Shown here in pieces: positions 28,401 to 39,357 of a stretch of 64,000 bases of DNA (positions are counted from its first letter, which is position 1; every line of letters starts with the position of its first letter). The notes under the pieces are model-generated. The model was not told where the DNA came from, searched no databases, and saw nothing but the letters and a program-made list of their open reading frames with translations. This DNA is from Schmidtea polychroa (Eukaryota), in NCBI GenBank assembly GCA_044892525.1, contig CM097886.1:15686001-15750000 (forward strand), written 5' to 3'. A program made the position numbers and the translations under genes.

Positions 28401-31400
28401 CACTAGATTTACGGGTAAAATAGCCGCAAAAATAGGTATACCTAATTCGATAAACGAAATGAGGGAGCAGGTAGAAACGAGTAATTAATATTTACCTATA
28501 TTTCATGACATATCTAAAAACCAACATATGTATTCAAAAAATAATAAATCAGTATTATATATATGTAGCAATAGAATTTAATAGATATGAAATTTGAAAC
28601 CCGTCAAATTGACGGGTTTCGTAAATCTAGTGTTAATTTTATTTCTTTTTTTATTTTACTTCAATTTTTTCAGGAATTAAAAGCTTTTTTGATCTTATTA
28701 TTAAAAAAAATTAAGAAAATTTTTGGAATATTTATTTTACTGACAAAATTGGTTCATTAAATTATTTTGGTTTGTAAGACACTGATTTAAAAATATCAAA
28801 GGAACTTAATGTTAATGATAACTATAATTTTAAAGAAATAAAAATTTATTAATTTCTAGAAAGTCATTAGCCGGTAGATGGGATAAAATATTCGTTCCTA
28901 AAGCATATTAAAACAAAATGTATTTGCTTGATTCAGTGGTTTCCAAACTTTCTGTAACTTGGTCTCCATTTTGTCCCTTACCTTTCTTCAATTTTCGAAA
29001 GAATATAATTTCATAAATACTGTCCTTACATTATAATTTTCTTAATGGACTACAAATTAATATCTATATTTTTTATAAATGTAGTTTTTTACAACAAAAA
29101 ATATTTAATTATTATAATGTAGTAACAATTTTTTTTTTAATTTTTAAAATCTAATTTTATATTTAACTTTGGTAATTATTAATTTTTTATGTAGACATAA
29201 TATTTTATTTTTAAATCCAAAATATATTATATTTAGTTTACGGAGACTCTAGAAAAATAAAATTGGAAAGACAAAATGAGATGGTTTCAATATAAAATAG
29301 AACGCTCGAAATAATTCACCCTCATTTCATCAGACAAATTTCTATTATATAAAAATTGAAAAAGAAATAATTTTAAAACAGACCCATTATTACCACCGAA
29401 AACTTGTCAAAACAACATCAGGAAATAAAAATTAAGATCTAAAATGATTTGTTTTCTCGAATTTGATTCTACAAAAAAATCTGGCAGTCCATAGAAAGGA
29501 AGTGCAATGAATCTTATCATACCTAATTAAATTATATAAACCAATCACAATTTCCGGGAGAACTTGCCCTCTTCAACCTCTGTCAAAAAAAATTAATTTT
29601 CAGCTACAAATTAATTGGGCAATTTTTTCATTTTCGCGGTTACAACTGCTGAAAGTTTACTTATATTAGCTTAATTTATGATTCTTTGTNNNNNNNNNNN
29701 NNNNNNNNNNNNNNNNNNNNNNNNNNNNNNNNNNNNNNNNNNNNNNNNNNNNNNNNNNNNNNNNNNNNNNNNNNNNNNNNNNNNNNNNNNNNNNNNNNNN
29801 NNNNNNNNNNNNNNNNNNNNNNNNNNNNNNNNNNNNNNNNNNNNNNNNNNNNNNNNNNNNNNNNNNNNNNNNNNNNNNNNNNNNNNNNNNNNNNNNNNNN
29901 NNNNNNNNNNNNNNNNNNNNNNNNNNNNNNNNNNNNNNNNNNNNNNNNNNNNNNNATTAGTGTAAAAAAATTTCAAAATAAAATTTATTTTTTAACCGTA
30001 ATTATCTAAATGTAGAACACATCCAAATATAATTTTCATAACCTGTATAAATACCCTAACCCATAATTTAAAATTAGCTAACATTTTTGTAACAATTTAT
30101 TCTTTACTTTTCTTACCCACACTGATTTCTCAGGAAATTTTCTAAACATAAAAATTTATTTCCTGTTGTATGCCTGTATAATACGCAACATGATTATCAT
30201 CCAAAAAATAAAGGAAAAACGCGTATTATATACGGATAATTACTGTATTTGAAGTAAAGTTATATGTAAACCTTTGTATCAGTTTGAAGATTTGATTAAC
30301 AAAATATAGCTTTACAAAATTAAAATTAATGAAAAACGATTTACGAAGGCCGTTTTCAAAAAAAATATATGAAAAGTTAGATTTTATAATAAAAGCGAAT
30401 AAAAAAAATTGTGAAATTTATTATTGCTATCATTTCACATTTTAATTTAACAAACCAAAGTGAAACAAATTTTAAATCTTTTCTTTTTCTATGCACAAAT
30501 CTCACTTTGAATAAACAAAGATTGCAGACGATTTTCTAAATAATTATTAATTATTTCAATAATAATGTTAACGCTTATTTGTTAATTATTCCTATAAACA
30601 TGTTGAATGCCATATGGAATTTGTATATGCTTTATATTGCATTGATTTCTTCAAACCATTGTAGTAACGACGGTAATAATTAAGAATTTTTAAGTATGGA
30701 AATTTGTTTTAATTATGTCTTTCTACAAATCTTGACGTGCCGGTCACGGCGCTAATGGTGACTCCTGTGGAATTCAACGTGTTAAGTATTTAAATACATA
30801 ATATTTAGCTTTTTAAAAGAATTGTATGTTTTGATTTATACTGTGCTAGGACATAAAAATAACTATTTATCTAAAACTAACATTTAAACATGAAAAAAAC
30901 CGACGAGTAAAAATGGTTTAAATATCGGAGTTAAACCGATGAAAATGAATAATTTCAGAGTTTCCGTTCGGGACAATTTTGTTGAAAAGGTTAATTCTAT
31001 TTTTCTTTTTGTTATATATGGTAAATATGAAAAGTAAAATCAGATTCCAGAAAACAAAATTTTAATGTCTTTATTTTGATGTTTTAAAATAAAGATCTGT
31101 AAAAGAAGAATTTAGTTTATTAACACTAGAACTATCAAAGTTGATTGGTATATTTGGATATATGTTAAGCACATCATTGAAATAACAGTACTTAAATCGA
31201 AAATAAAAAATATTTCTAACTACTGTGATCCCATATGAAAAAAAAACATTATAAATACTTATAAGGTGTTAATAAATTTAAACCAAAAAATGCGAAATCC
31301 GTCATTCTGAGGTGTTGGTAATATAGTGTTAAGGATTCCATATTTCTGCTCTTCTCCAGGCCCTGAGATTACAATTTGTGGCCTGAGGCACATTTGGCAT

Positions 31401-34400
31401 ATTATAATACTACAATTTGTAAAATCATATCGTTTAAAGATGACCCTATTTTGTGGTTTATTAACTCCGAAACCGATTGACATGACGTTCTTTTCAATAG
31501 ATTTAGTATCTCTAATTTAAAACAAACCTTTAAAATTATTTTTATATTAAATAATAAGTGTCTCTCAACGCTCAACGCAATAATGAGTTTCAATAATTTG
31601 ATAATTAAAAGTAAAAATACAAACTTTCATCATAAGCCTTTATTTGGTAAAGATATCTGGTAGACATTAGTTTGCTATCTCTAACATTATCCGTTGTACA
31701 TAAGACTCCGTGTTTGTTGATGCGAAGAATTCCGTCCGTTTTCAAAAGAAGATCATAACTGTACTGAATTCTCATTCCACAATGGCGATTTTTAACCGCA
31801 ATCTGAATATCAAAACAAATTAAATCAACAAACGAAAACCCGTCGACGTCGGCCTATGACATTTCGTAGATGGTAGCGATACAGCGGTAGATTATTTAAA
31901 AAACAAGTGGACATGCAAAGTACAATTCATTTTATAATTAATGCTGTGAAATATTTGATAGCAAACTTTGTATAAAAATCTTCATAACTTGTGCAATCAA
32001 CCGTGACTCGATTTAGTTCGTTGAATCTACTGGCTCAATTATTGAAAACATAAAGGTGCTTGTCAATCTAGAAACGTTTTCATTAGACTTACTGGAATAG
32101 AACAAAATTTCGGTATTTATATAATTATAATTCTCTTTAATGTTAGATGCGTATTAACTAGAGGACTTATGATACTGGCCACGTAATTAATGGAAATTAT
32201 TTAAGTGTTGTAGCATATCCTTTCATTCGTTAATAGGTTGCTGAATTTTTTGGGTTGTTAGAAAGTTTGTGTTTAAATTCCTTGGTTAGTTAACCCTGGG
32301 TCTACCAAAATAAAATGCCCCTACAAAATACCGCCCCGGTCTAATGGACCCGGCTTATTTTAAATTGTTGTTACATGTATTATAATGAATGTAAAAATTA
32401 AACATAATAAATAACTTTCAACAGTTGTTTATTAATTAAAAATATAATGAAAAAAATCACATATTATACAAGAATTAACATTTTGGAATATAAAAAGTAA
32501 ATGAACGTTTAATTATTGCAATTTAATTTTCGTTTCTGGTCCTATGGACCGGGCCGGTAGACTGAGGCTTAATAATTATTATCAATAATTAAATACATTT
32601 TTTGGATAAAAAGAAGTTAAAAGTAAATTCGGCAGAATACAAATTCCAATTATTTACTTAGCCGAAAACGTCTTTAAACTTATTATAAGCCATATCAGTG
32701 TATACAACGGGATAGTTGGGTGTCAGAACTCCCCAAAGACGTTTTCCATCTGAGTGTTAAATGCAGGTAATAAGTAAATGGTAATGAATTTCTATGTATA
32801 TAGTACAAAGAAGTTTTTTTAATGATAAGGATGGTCTTGTCAAGTCATTAATTCATCTTTGATAAATAAAAGCTTTAAGAGAACTAAATTAGACTCTATT
32901 TCTAATACGTTTTGAACTCTGTCTTTGTATACATGAAACTTCTACCGTCGTAATAGAAGCAATAAAATATATAACTTCATAGTTTTTGGGAGTTATAAAA
33001 ACAAAAGTTTCAAATATCTACGCATAGGACTGCTGATGTGTTTCAAATATTCTACTGACCAAGTTGACAATTGCAGTTGTACCTTTCAGATAGTGCAAAG
33101 GAATTATCCAGTAAGTTGAATGTTTAATATTTTTATTAAAAAATCACAAGTACGCCACTGTAATTGATAACTCCAACTAGTCTACTCCAAACAAGTTAAA
33201 TTTACAATATGCAATCAAAACGGCAAGAATTAATTATATTATCTATTAAAATCTAGTTATCACAATTACCTTTCCTACAACCGTTTTTAAATAGCAACTC
33301 ATATAATTCCTGAAGCAAAAATTTTGTCTATCTAAATTTTTTGTCCTTTAAGTCCATTGTAGTTGAGCCTTAGCCACTTTAAACAAATAAATTAAATCTC
33401 TCTCTCCTCTCCTTTATTATATGGTGCACCAGTGGCTTTAGGGTTCCGGTACGACACACTGAATCAAAACTTACAATGGATGTCTCAAGTGTAGCTATAA
33501 GGGTACCGCTATATCAAATCAATGACAGAGTAAGTTTTTCACTAGCGTTTATTTCACAAAAACTCAATCAAAACCAACGGAAATAACAGATCTTTGACAG
33601 AGGGGTCTTAGGAATCACAGAGTCAATAAAGCATTTTAATACATGCTGGAAGGGCGATCGTTCGTTATCTATACTGACCGTAAATCATTGACATAGTCGC
33701 CAATGATGATCAAACCGTCCCCTAGACAATAACGACAGGTCAGTTATATATCTGAATTTGACCACCCATCAAATTTATCCACGGTCGTGATGAAGAAGTA
33801 ACTGATTGTTTCTCATGGAGTATTTCAACTACAATATCAAACACGAGGTTGATAACCACAGAGCAATCTATCTTTAAAAGACGAATTGACTAATTCATCT
33901 CTGATTATAGAATGGGTAGATTGTATTCCATACGACACTTATCCAAGGCACCAAGCTTCCTGTGTTGGAAATGATATTTGGAAAATGAGTTAAACCTTGC
34001 AAGATTTCATTTCCTAACTCGAGACACAAATCCACTTAATTCGACTGTCACAACTAACAAATCTGGATTTTTCAAATTGTGAAGTGGTTTAGATCTGTTC
34101 AGTGCAAGATTCATCTCTGTCTCCAAGATGTCAATTAAATCACATCATAGCTAAAATTGAAACACATCTAGGAGTGACGACGGTCAATTTGTCACGGCTT
34201 AAACCGGAATTTGGTTTCTTAACGATTTGTCAATAAGTTCTATGAACGCTCCACGTATTGAGAAGGGGGCTATTGCAATGAATTTGAAACAAAATTTGTT
34301 TTAATAATTAATAGGAAATAAAAAAGTCACAATTTGAATTCTGATACAAATAAAGTTATTCAATTTCTTGTTCACAATATACTGTGATATACTATTGTGC

Positions 34401-36594
34401 ATATACTATACTATTCACGATATACTGTCCATGTTTTTATTTAGTGTCACCAAATAAGAGCATATTTTACATCTCAATATCCTTCTTTCTGCCTTCCATA
34501 TTCGTCACACCTTTAGTGAATTATGGATGGAAAGGATGTTTACTGATTGAGATTAGCGAAATTGCATAGAATCACTGTAAATGGTGAGACATGCTTAAAG
34601 ACTTCGAGCAAAAGTCAACGAGAATCTTGTATGTTAATTTTATATCTTTGATTGAGGATAGGGCCAAAAGCTACTTTATGTAATTAATGTTCAAAATTTA
34701 TTAAAGATGGCCTCAATATAATGATGATGAGAAAGATTTATTCCTTTTAACGCTAAAAGATCTCTATGGAATAATTCAATTAGTTACGATTCTTTATGAA
34801 TTATTTTCATTTATATATCAAGACTTACTTCTGGAAAACATTGACTCTTCCCCGCGATGACTAAAATTTTTCGAAATCCTCTACCAAAATAAAGCGGAAG
34901 CTTCCGACTACCTAATTATAAACACAGTCAGTTACTATTCATATCATATTTTCATATTCAAAATTACTTGTTATGACAATTCTCAGCTCTGTTTGGTCGA
35001 TTAAGGAATTCGTTTTCAGTGAGAACATCGAAACATTGAAGGAGTAATTTCCACAGTCGATGGATCTTTTTGACAAAACCTCTCCAGTGGTCTCGTTGAT
35101 TTTAAAGAGGTTATTAACATCAAAGAGTTTGAAAATAAATATGGGTTTAATTGGTAATTTTTTTGTCGTCTTTACGGTAGTTACGTGTTGATTTTCGTTT
35201 AGAATGGTTGACTCTATTTCCACTTGAAATCGTGTCTGTGAGAAACTGTTTTCAAATAATATGGACTCGTGAATTTTTATTGTTAATGTTTGCGTCGTTG
35301 ATAAAGACGGCTCAGGATAATCAACAGCTTTCAGAGTCAAATTGATACTGTTCGTTTTGTAATTTCCTATATCATTTATCAGTTTAAGCTCCCACATTTT
35401 AGGAAGGATTTTTATCAACTGAAAAGGAGACTGGTTCAAAATTTCGAGATCAAATGAAGTTGATATTGCATCGTTATCAGTGAGCTTGACGTGGGCAACA
35501 ATTGTATTAGGAACAACGTCGCGATTTATTTCCGAAAGGCCACTTGTCCAAAAGATTTTAATAGACGGAGGATTATCATTAATGTCAATTACATCAATTA
35601 TAACTGGTACTTTTGATGTGTGAAATGGGGGTGAATTATCGCGAACTCCAATGGAAATGTGATGGGATTTTGATTTTTCAAAATCGACACTTTTTCGAAG
35701 ATAAACATTCCCGGTTTTGTGATCGACAGCAAACAAGTCACTACTGGGAGAAGTGTTGTCAAGAAAATAGAATAATTCTCCGGATACTCCAGCGTCATTA
35801 TCTGTTGCACGGACTCGGAGGAAAGTTATGTTAACTTCTTGGTCCTCTTTAATACTAGCAATATATCGAGAAATGTCGAATTTAGGCACGTTATCGTTGG
35901 CATTCTGAACAATTATCTTGACAAGAAGCGTTGCTTGAAGAGGTGGATCACCCCCATCAATAGCTTGAATTACGAGATTGAATTGGGAAATTATTTCATA
36001 ATCCAAAGACTGTTTCAAGATAAGACGAACATAAAAAATTCCATTTGAACCGTCATGATAATCGATTGTGAAAACTTTTTCTGAATCTCCAGACACAATT
36101 CTTACTGATTGAATACTATTCTTTCCTTCGTCTGGATCAAAGACCGTAGTAAGGTCAACTTTTGATCCGATTGGATAGTTTTCAGGGATTAATTTTTCAA
36201 AATTCGTCGCGTTGAATTTCGGCTCATTGTCGTTGACGTCCAAAATTTTTATCTGAACGTTTTTCGTATCTCCATTTACTGAGATAATTAAAAATACATA
36301 AAGATTTTGTTTCTCTCGATCAATTAATCCGGAAACTTTAATTACTCCAGTCGTTTTTGAGATTGTAAATTTTGTCTCTTGAAAATCATGCATTTCGAAC
36401 GGTGGAGAAAATCCTGGACTTTCTATTTGACCGACTATTTCACCGATTGGCACATTTTCTTTTACAGAAAATATCAACAAATTGCTTTTTTGTTGTGATT
36501 GATATATACAATTTATATTTATCATAATGAGAATGAAAATAAATTGATGTTTGAAAATATTGATGGGAATTTGAGAAAGACATGAGTACATCAT
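1380..36594 (-). CDS. Giant multi-exon cadherin, Dachsous/Fat type (gene-level span; 3' end and linkage of exon 1 uncertain)
   Basis: Many minus-strand exons with cadherin motifs (DxNDNxP, DRE/LDYE, AxDxD, TG) from 36.6 kb down to about 4.9 kb, possibly 1.4 kb. No EGF/LamG domain was recognised, which favours Dachsous-like. No clear TM exon was resolved. Confidence 0.75.
2492..2556. repeat. (AT)n microsatellite
   Basis: Direct observation. Confidence 0.95.
3543..3639 (+). mobile_element. 5'-truncated non-LTR retroelement 3' end with (ATT)n tail
   Basis: GTTAGCCCATAGTTACGCTACTGTTATTATTAAAT+(ATT)n, flanked by direct repeat TACGGTTT (3535-3542, 3640-3647); same tail at 7351-7471. Confidence 0.7.
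3959..4153 (+). pseudogene. Tigger transposase N-terminal CENP-B-like HTH fragment
   Basis: KKRKWLTLEQKLSVIKLHEE...GMNEASVRKIVKNKD; no DDD domain follows. Confidence 0.85.
4289..4543. repeat. Foldback/palindromic repeat family, copy 1
   Basis: Imperfect about 170-bp palindrome followed by CATCGATAT..TACTGATT..TAATAAATACAATG..AAATCAG; related sequence at 24843-25380 and 47504-47641. Confidence 0.7.
4964..5254 (-). CDS. Cadherin exon
   Basis: TIPDSLKSGS, CKDLDSD, IFYRI. Confidence 0.6.
   Translation of the reverse strand: MYISALTVLLKYPKSHFPRLTGNDSTEITIPDSLKSGSKITKFICKDLDSDREIFYRIDNLHQMSDNLYVNRVLILNIIDIELTLVGFRVWIFVSN
6977..7224. mobile_element. hAT-type MITE
   Basis: 8-bp TSD TTCTACAG on both sides; imperfect TIR TAGTGGTGGCCAACC / CAGCCATGGCCAACC. 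Confidence 0.85.
7351..7471 (+). mobile_element. Second copy of the same (ATT)n-tailed retroelement end
   Basis: Identical about 40-nt leader plus (ATT)n. Confidence 0.7.
8405..8739. repeat. Dispersed about 335-bp repeat (inverted copy at 47648-47982)
   Basis: By-eye alignment of the reverse complement. Confidence 0.8.
9299..9641 (-). CDS. Cadherin exon (largely missed by ORF track)
   Basis: Manual translation LTIYIVNINDQRP...ITAKDSDGPDG...DVEDNNNH; followed by a 45-nt GTAAGA..AG intron 9254-9298. Confidence 0.85.
9691..10001 (-). CDS. Cadherin exon
   Basis: VDDVDDNKPVF, VYDPDIG, IDANG; probably followed by a GC-AG intron 9642-9690. Confidence 0.85.
10050..10385 (-). CDS. Cadherin exon (5' boundary approximate)
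   Basis: VKENSVDGT, HESTGKL, IDREK; followed by a 48-nt GT-AG intron 10002-10049. Confidence 0.85.
10872..11927 (-). CDS. Cluster of cadherin exons (interrupted by an N gap)
   Basis: IDPITGKL, IATDSEG, VLENSPEGT, INTTTGELRT, ATDSD, VSDNGVP. Confidence 0.8.
14572..14865 (-). CDS. Cadherin exon
   Basis: FAIDPITGVVKT, VNREE. Confidence 0.75.
   Translation of the reverse strand: MNLSLPQSKSGFIIGQLSHSQTSSTGNLDIRYYLIAGKFSQIFAIDPITGVVKTQHSVNREEIGNSEIVQVKHFCYGTLILDICPIDIFGKFNEQMD
17716..17973 (-). CDS. Cadherin exon
   Basis: IVDENDNEP, VARDADDGLNSKLTY. Confidence 0.85.
   Translation of the reverse strand: MRIVDENDNEPYILSPSSSIVRISAPTTENASIFQIVARDADDGLNSKLTYRINHSPDGIFMVNHFVLAIYRYTLVYTVGCKIFK
19725..19922 (-). 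CDS. Cadherin exon
   Basis: VKAVDPDKGLN, IDSWTGLITT. Confidence 0.8.
   Translation of the reverse strand: MIFYCPLLSGSEIFTVKAVDPDKGLNSIFNYSIELSSDNEDQINIDSWTGLITTKVSLSCAQNVK
19965..20357 (-). CDS. Cadherin exon
   Basis: IIDANNHSP, DDDIGKNG, LTATDRGSP, ESNRNPP. Confidence 0.87.
   Translation of the reverse strand: MRIIDANNHSPTLISTNIFYIHQTATYGTEVGTLLIKDDDIGKNGEFEVFLKQPHYSQCFYIEKLSRNIFVVRVKSLEAITSYFEPLSVMLTATDRGSPSKSSLIYIVINFIESNRNPPEIVMPKLHKQV
21387..21995 (-). CDS. Cadherin exon
   Basis: SKTGQIFLNKQFDREE, LDINDNKP, CSDAD, INPTTG, ISDNGP. Confidence 0.9.
   Translation of the reverse strand: MENPPSLLFNSFQVFSKYPSVSDKYQIVQSQYSDWISIHSKTGQIFLNKQFDREEISYLVVTVQLTNPIGSATLDLHLNILDINDNKPNCKNSKTNFTFEDLSSLGEKKCPLKCSDADSFPNGNLTYRMKIVKPVGMTNPFSINPTTGCLVIISSLNNWNSNPSGIINLLVVISDNGPFKSLETEVEVIILYDYFYNFQCIG
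23608..23858 (-). CDS. Degenerate cadherin exon (candidate exon 2)
   Basis: TTTTAG acceptor at 23859, phase 1, compatible with the exon-1 donor; ends VVDNQSG followed by a GT donor. Confidence 0.5.
24843..25380. repeat. Foldback/palindromic repeat family, copy 2 (spans a gap)
   Basis: Perfect 22-bp stem GACTATAAATCAGTAATATATC (24887-24908/24918-24939) with 9-nt loop, inside outer inverted arms. Confidence 0.75.
28401..28632. mobile_element. TTAA-flanked (piggyBac-like) MITE
   Basis: 13-bp perfect TIR CACTAGATTTACG, TTAA on both flanks, internal palindrome GAAACCCGTCAAATTGACGGGTTTC. Confidence 0.85.
32294..32568. mobile_element. piggyBac-like MITE
   Basis: TTAA flanks; TIR CCCTGGGTCTACC vs GCCTCAGTCTACC (10/13). 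Confidence 0.7.
33460..33840 (+). pseudogene. Degenerate Gypsy-type pol (RNase H) remnant
   Basis: Frame-broken LTMDVSSVAI..LAFISQKL..FDRGVLGI..IKHF..LEGRSFVIYTDRKSL..SPRQ*RQVSYISEF. Confidence 0.75.
34968..36594 (-). CDS. Cadherin exon 1: signal-like N-terminus plus about 5 EC repeats
   Basis: 551-aa ORF with hydrophobic N-terminus, IDREK, LDVNDNEPKF, DPDEG, LDYE, AIDGGDPP, DINDNPP. EC1-EC4 layout resembles the DCHS/Fat4 N-terminus (from memory). Probable phase-1 donor A|GTAATT at 34967. Confidence 0.93.
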
Positions 36595-39357
36595 AGAAAA
36601 TATTTTATTCTTAAAAATTCATTTAAAAAAAAAGAATGGACTTATACTACAAAACTTTGAATTTCTGAAACTTAAATTGATCATAATTATTTTATTCTTA
36701 ACCGAATGAAACACTGCCGTTATTAAGGTCAATGGATTTTTAAATGTTGATATGTTTAAACAAATATTTGTATTCTGAATACTACATTAAATAGAAATAA
36801 AATTCTAGATGCTAAATTTTATTTAGAAGTTAGTTTTTGTTAAATTTATTATATTGTCGATAAATTTAGGGGCTGATAAAATAATTAATTAAAATTTAAA
36901 GTTTTGTATTTACAAAAATATTTTATAAACAAATAAATAAATTAGAATAATCAAAGTCATGACTTAAAGTGCTTGTGTGAGAAGAAAAATTATAATAATA
37001 ATGCAATTTAATTGAATAACATTGAAAGCAAGTGTAGTTGGTAAGTTTCAGTTGTGGTTTAGCGTTCATGATGTTGGTATGGTTTCAGTTGTCTTTGATC
37101 CAAATCGCAGAGTGGTTTCAATTTTGCCGCCTCAACGCACATCTTTGTTAGGAATCATTATAGTAATGAGCAAAGTGGTTGATATCTAGTTGGTAAGTGA
37201 GCTCCATTTCAAAAACTATTCACTAATTCTCATTTTCGGATTCTTAACTAAGAGGATTTACATCATCACTAATCTTTCTTCTTAATCGTTTCTTCTCACC
37301 AAATTTTTTAACAGGTACTATTTACTGATAATTCATTGAAAAATGTTGAAATATAAATGCTTTTATTAGTAAATGGCACAAGAAATTTTTTAGTGCATCA
37401 TAATTTAAATTGCATAAATAAAGATTTAAATGTAGTTTAATATAGACAACCGACTTTTATGACTTTCCAAATTAAAAAAAGATCTTTGGTGTAATAATTT
37501 ATTCTTATTGAGAGTTGTATTCTAAACCAAAGTTTCACTTTCAAGAGATCGCAACTTTGGGAAACAACATTCATCATACAAAATCCTCTCATTATTAAAC
37601 GTCGCAATCGTGCTTAAGGCATCCTATACTATTTCATATTTTCTCCTAATAACAACATGTTACAGTATTATTTAGAGTCACATCGAAATCTTGTCACATT
37701 ATTTGAAACGTTTAAATGTAAATGAACATGTAAATGAAAAAAAAATGAAAAAATTATTTATTTAAAATTAATACTTATTTTTTAAAATATTATCCTAATT
37801 TACTTTAATTTACTTTTTTAAGGTGTTATCATATTTTCTTATAAGACCTCAATTCTTCAAAATATCATACCATAAATTTTAAAATATTTCTTTAATTTAC
37901 CTATTTTTTTATTATTGCCTTAATTTACTTTAATTTATTTATTTTTAAAATATTGTCTAAATTTCTCAGTTGCCTTCAAAATATCTAACCAAAAATTATA
38001 AATGTATTAGTTATTTTTAAATATTATCCTAATTTATATTAATTTACTTTTATTATAATATATTTATGTCTCAGTGACATTCAAAAGATCTAACCAAAAT
38101 TTAAAATCTATTACTTATTTTTAAATTATTACACTAATTTAAACTAATTTACTTTAATTTACTTAATTTAAAATTATTATCTTAATGTATTTCCATTTAT
38201 TGTTTATGTCATTTGTTTGTGTATATAAATAATAGAAATTAGGACTTTTCGTTTAGAATTTATTTTGGGTATTTTGTATTGGGTTCCAACATAGTACGTT
38301 AGTTAAAGTTTTCCAATAATTATGAACCTTACTATGGTTCACGAGACGATTAATAATCTTCAGTAATTAATTTTCTTTGGTAAGTCCTTCTATCACCAGT
38401 CCAAATTTCCAGATGGATGTCAAGGATAGAGGCATCATGGCAACATCCAGTCACTACATAGTACCAGTGGGTTAGCAATGGGTTAGTTCCAATTGTCATG
38501 TGGTCGTCTGGTATCGAATCACTTTTGATTTCTCATTAGACCTGTGGATATTTAGGTTATCTGATTCTCAGTCGACCCAACAATTTTTATTCATATTTCT
38601 ACTTAATAATTGAGCAATTTGAGTGTCTATTTTATCTGAACAAATTTGTTGATAGATTATTGCAATGTATCTTTGAGCTATCACCTTTTAAAAGTGAATC
38701 TCGCTCTGGTGACATTCTAAACAAGAGGCTTAAGTTTTATTTTCTGTAGCTAAGAACTCGTGCTGTTGTTGATTCTTAGTAATGTTTGAGGAGATGCTGA
38801 CACGACTTCAAATCCAGTGACGTATCTGCAAAATACAAAGGTCTCGTAGAAAAGAGTGATTCACATTGAATTCCAAATATGTAATTACACATATGGATTC
38901 ACATTTCATATTTCACGTTAATTTATGAAAAATTATTTTCAAATTCTTTGATACAATATCGGTTAATGAATTTTTGGCTAAGTAAATATTAGTTTTAATT
39001 ATAAAATTTCAAATGTAATTATATTTTAAATGAAAATCAATAATTTTAAAATAGTGCATGATAAAATTATTTACTACACAAAAATCTGTATTTTAGCAAT
39101 TCACATAATCTAAATTTAACATTTAAAATATAAAATTACGTAAGCATCAATTTAGCATAAAACGTTTATTAGATTTCATTGTTTAAATAATTATGACTAC
39201 TTAAGAAATTTTAAATGTTATAAATTTGAAAATAATTTTAAAATACACGATAGAAATAATTATTAATATTGATTTATCATGATTAGCAATAATATTTCTG
39301 TGTACATGCTTTTCAATATAATATAGCTATAAATACTAATTAATGCTTTTTTGTTAA

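Noticed and set aside
31259-31900. Possible hAT transposase C-terminal remnants
   Set aside because: Only faint VER/FS-like similarity across broken frames; no TIRs found.
35598-36048. Short ORFs overlapping cadherin exon 1; likewise those antisense to penton and PolB (56827-57135, 61799-62074)
   Set aside because: Shadow ORFs of long coding frames with no independent motifs.
38280-38900. Possible decayed retroviral integrase
   Set aside because: No recognisable catalytic motifs in any frame.
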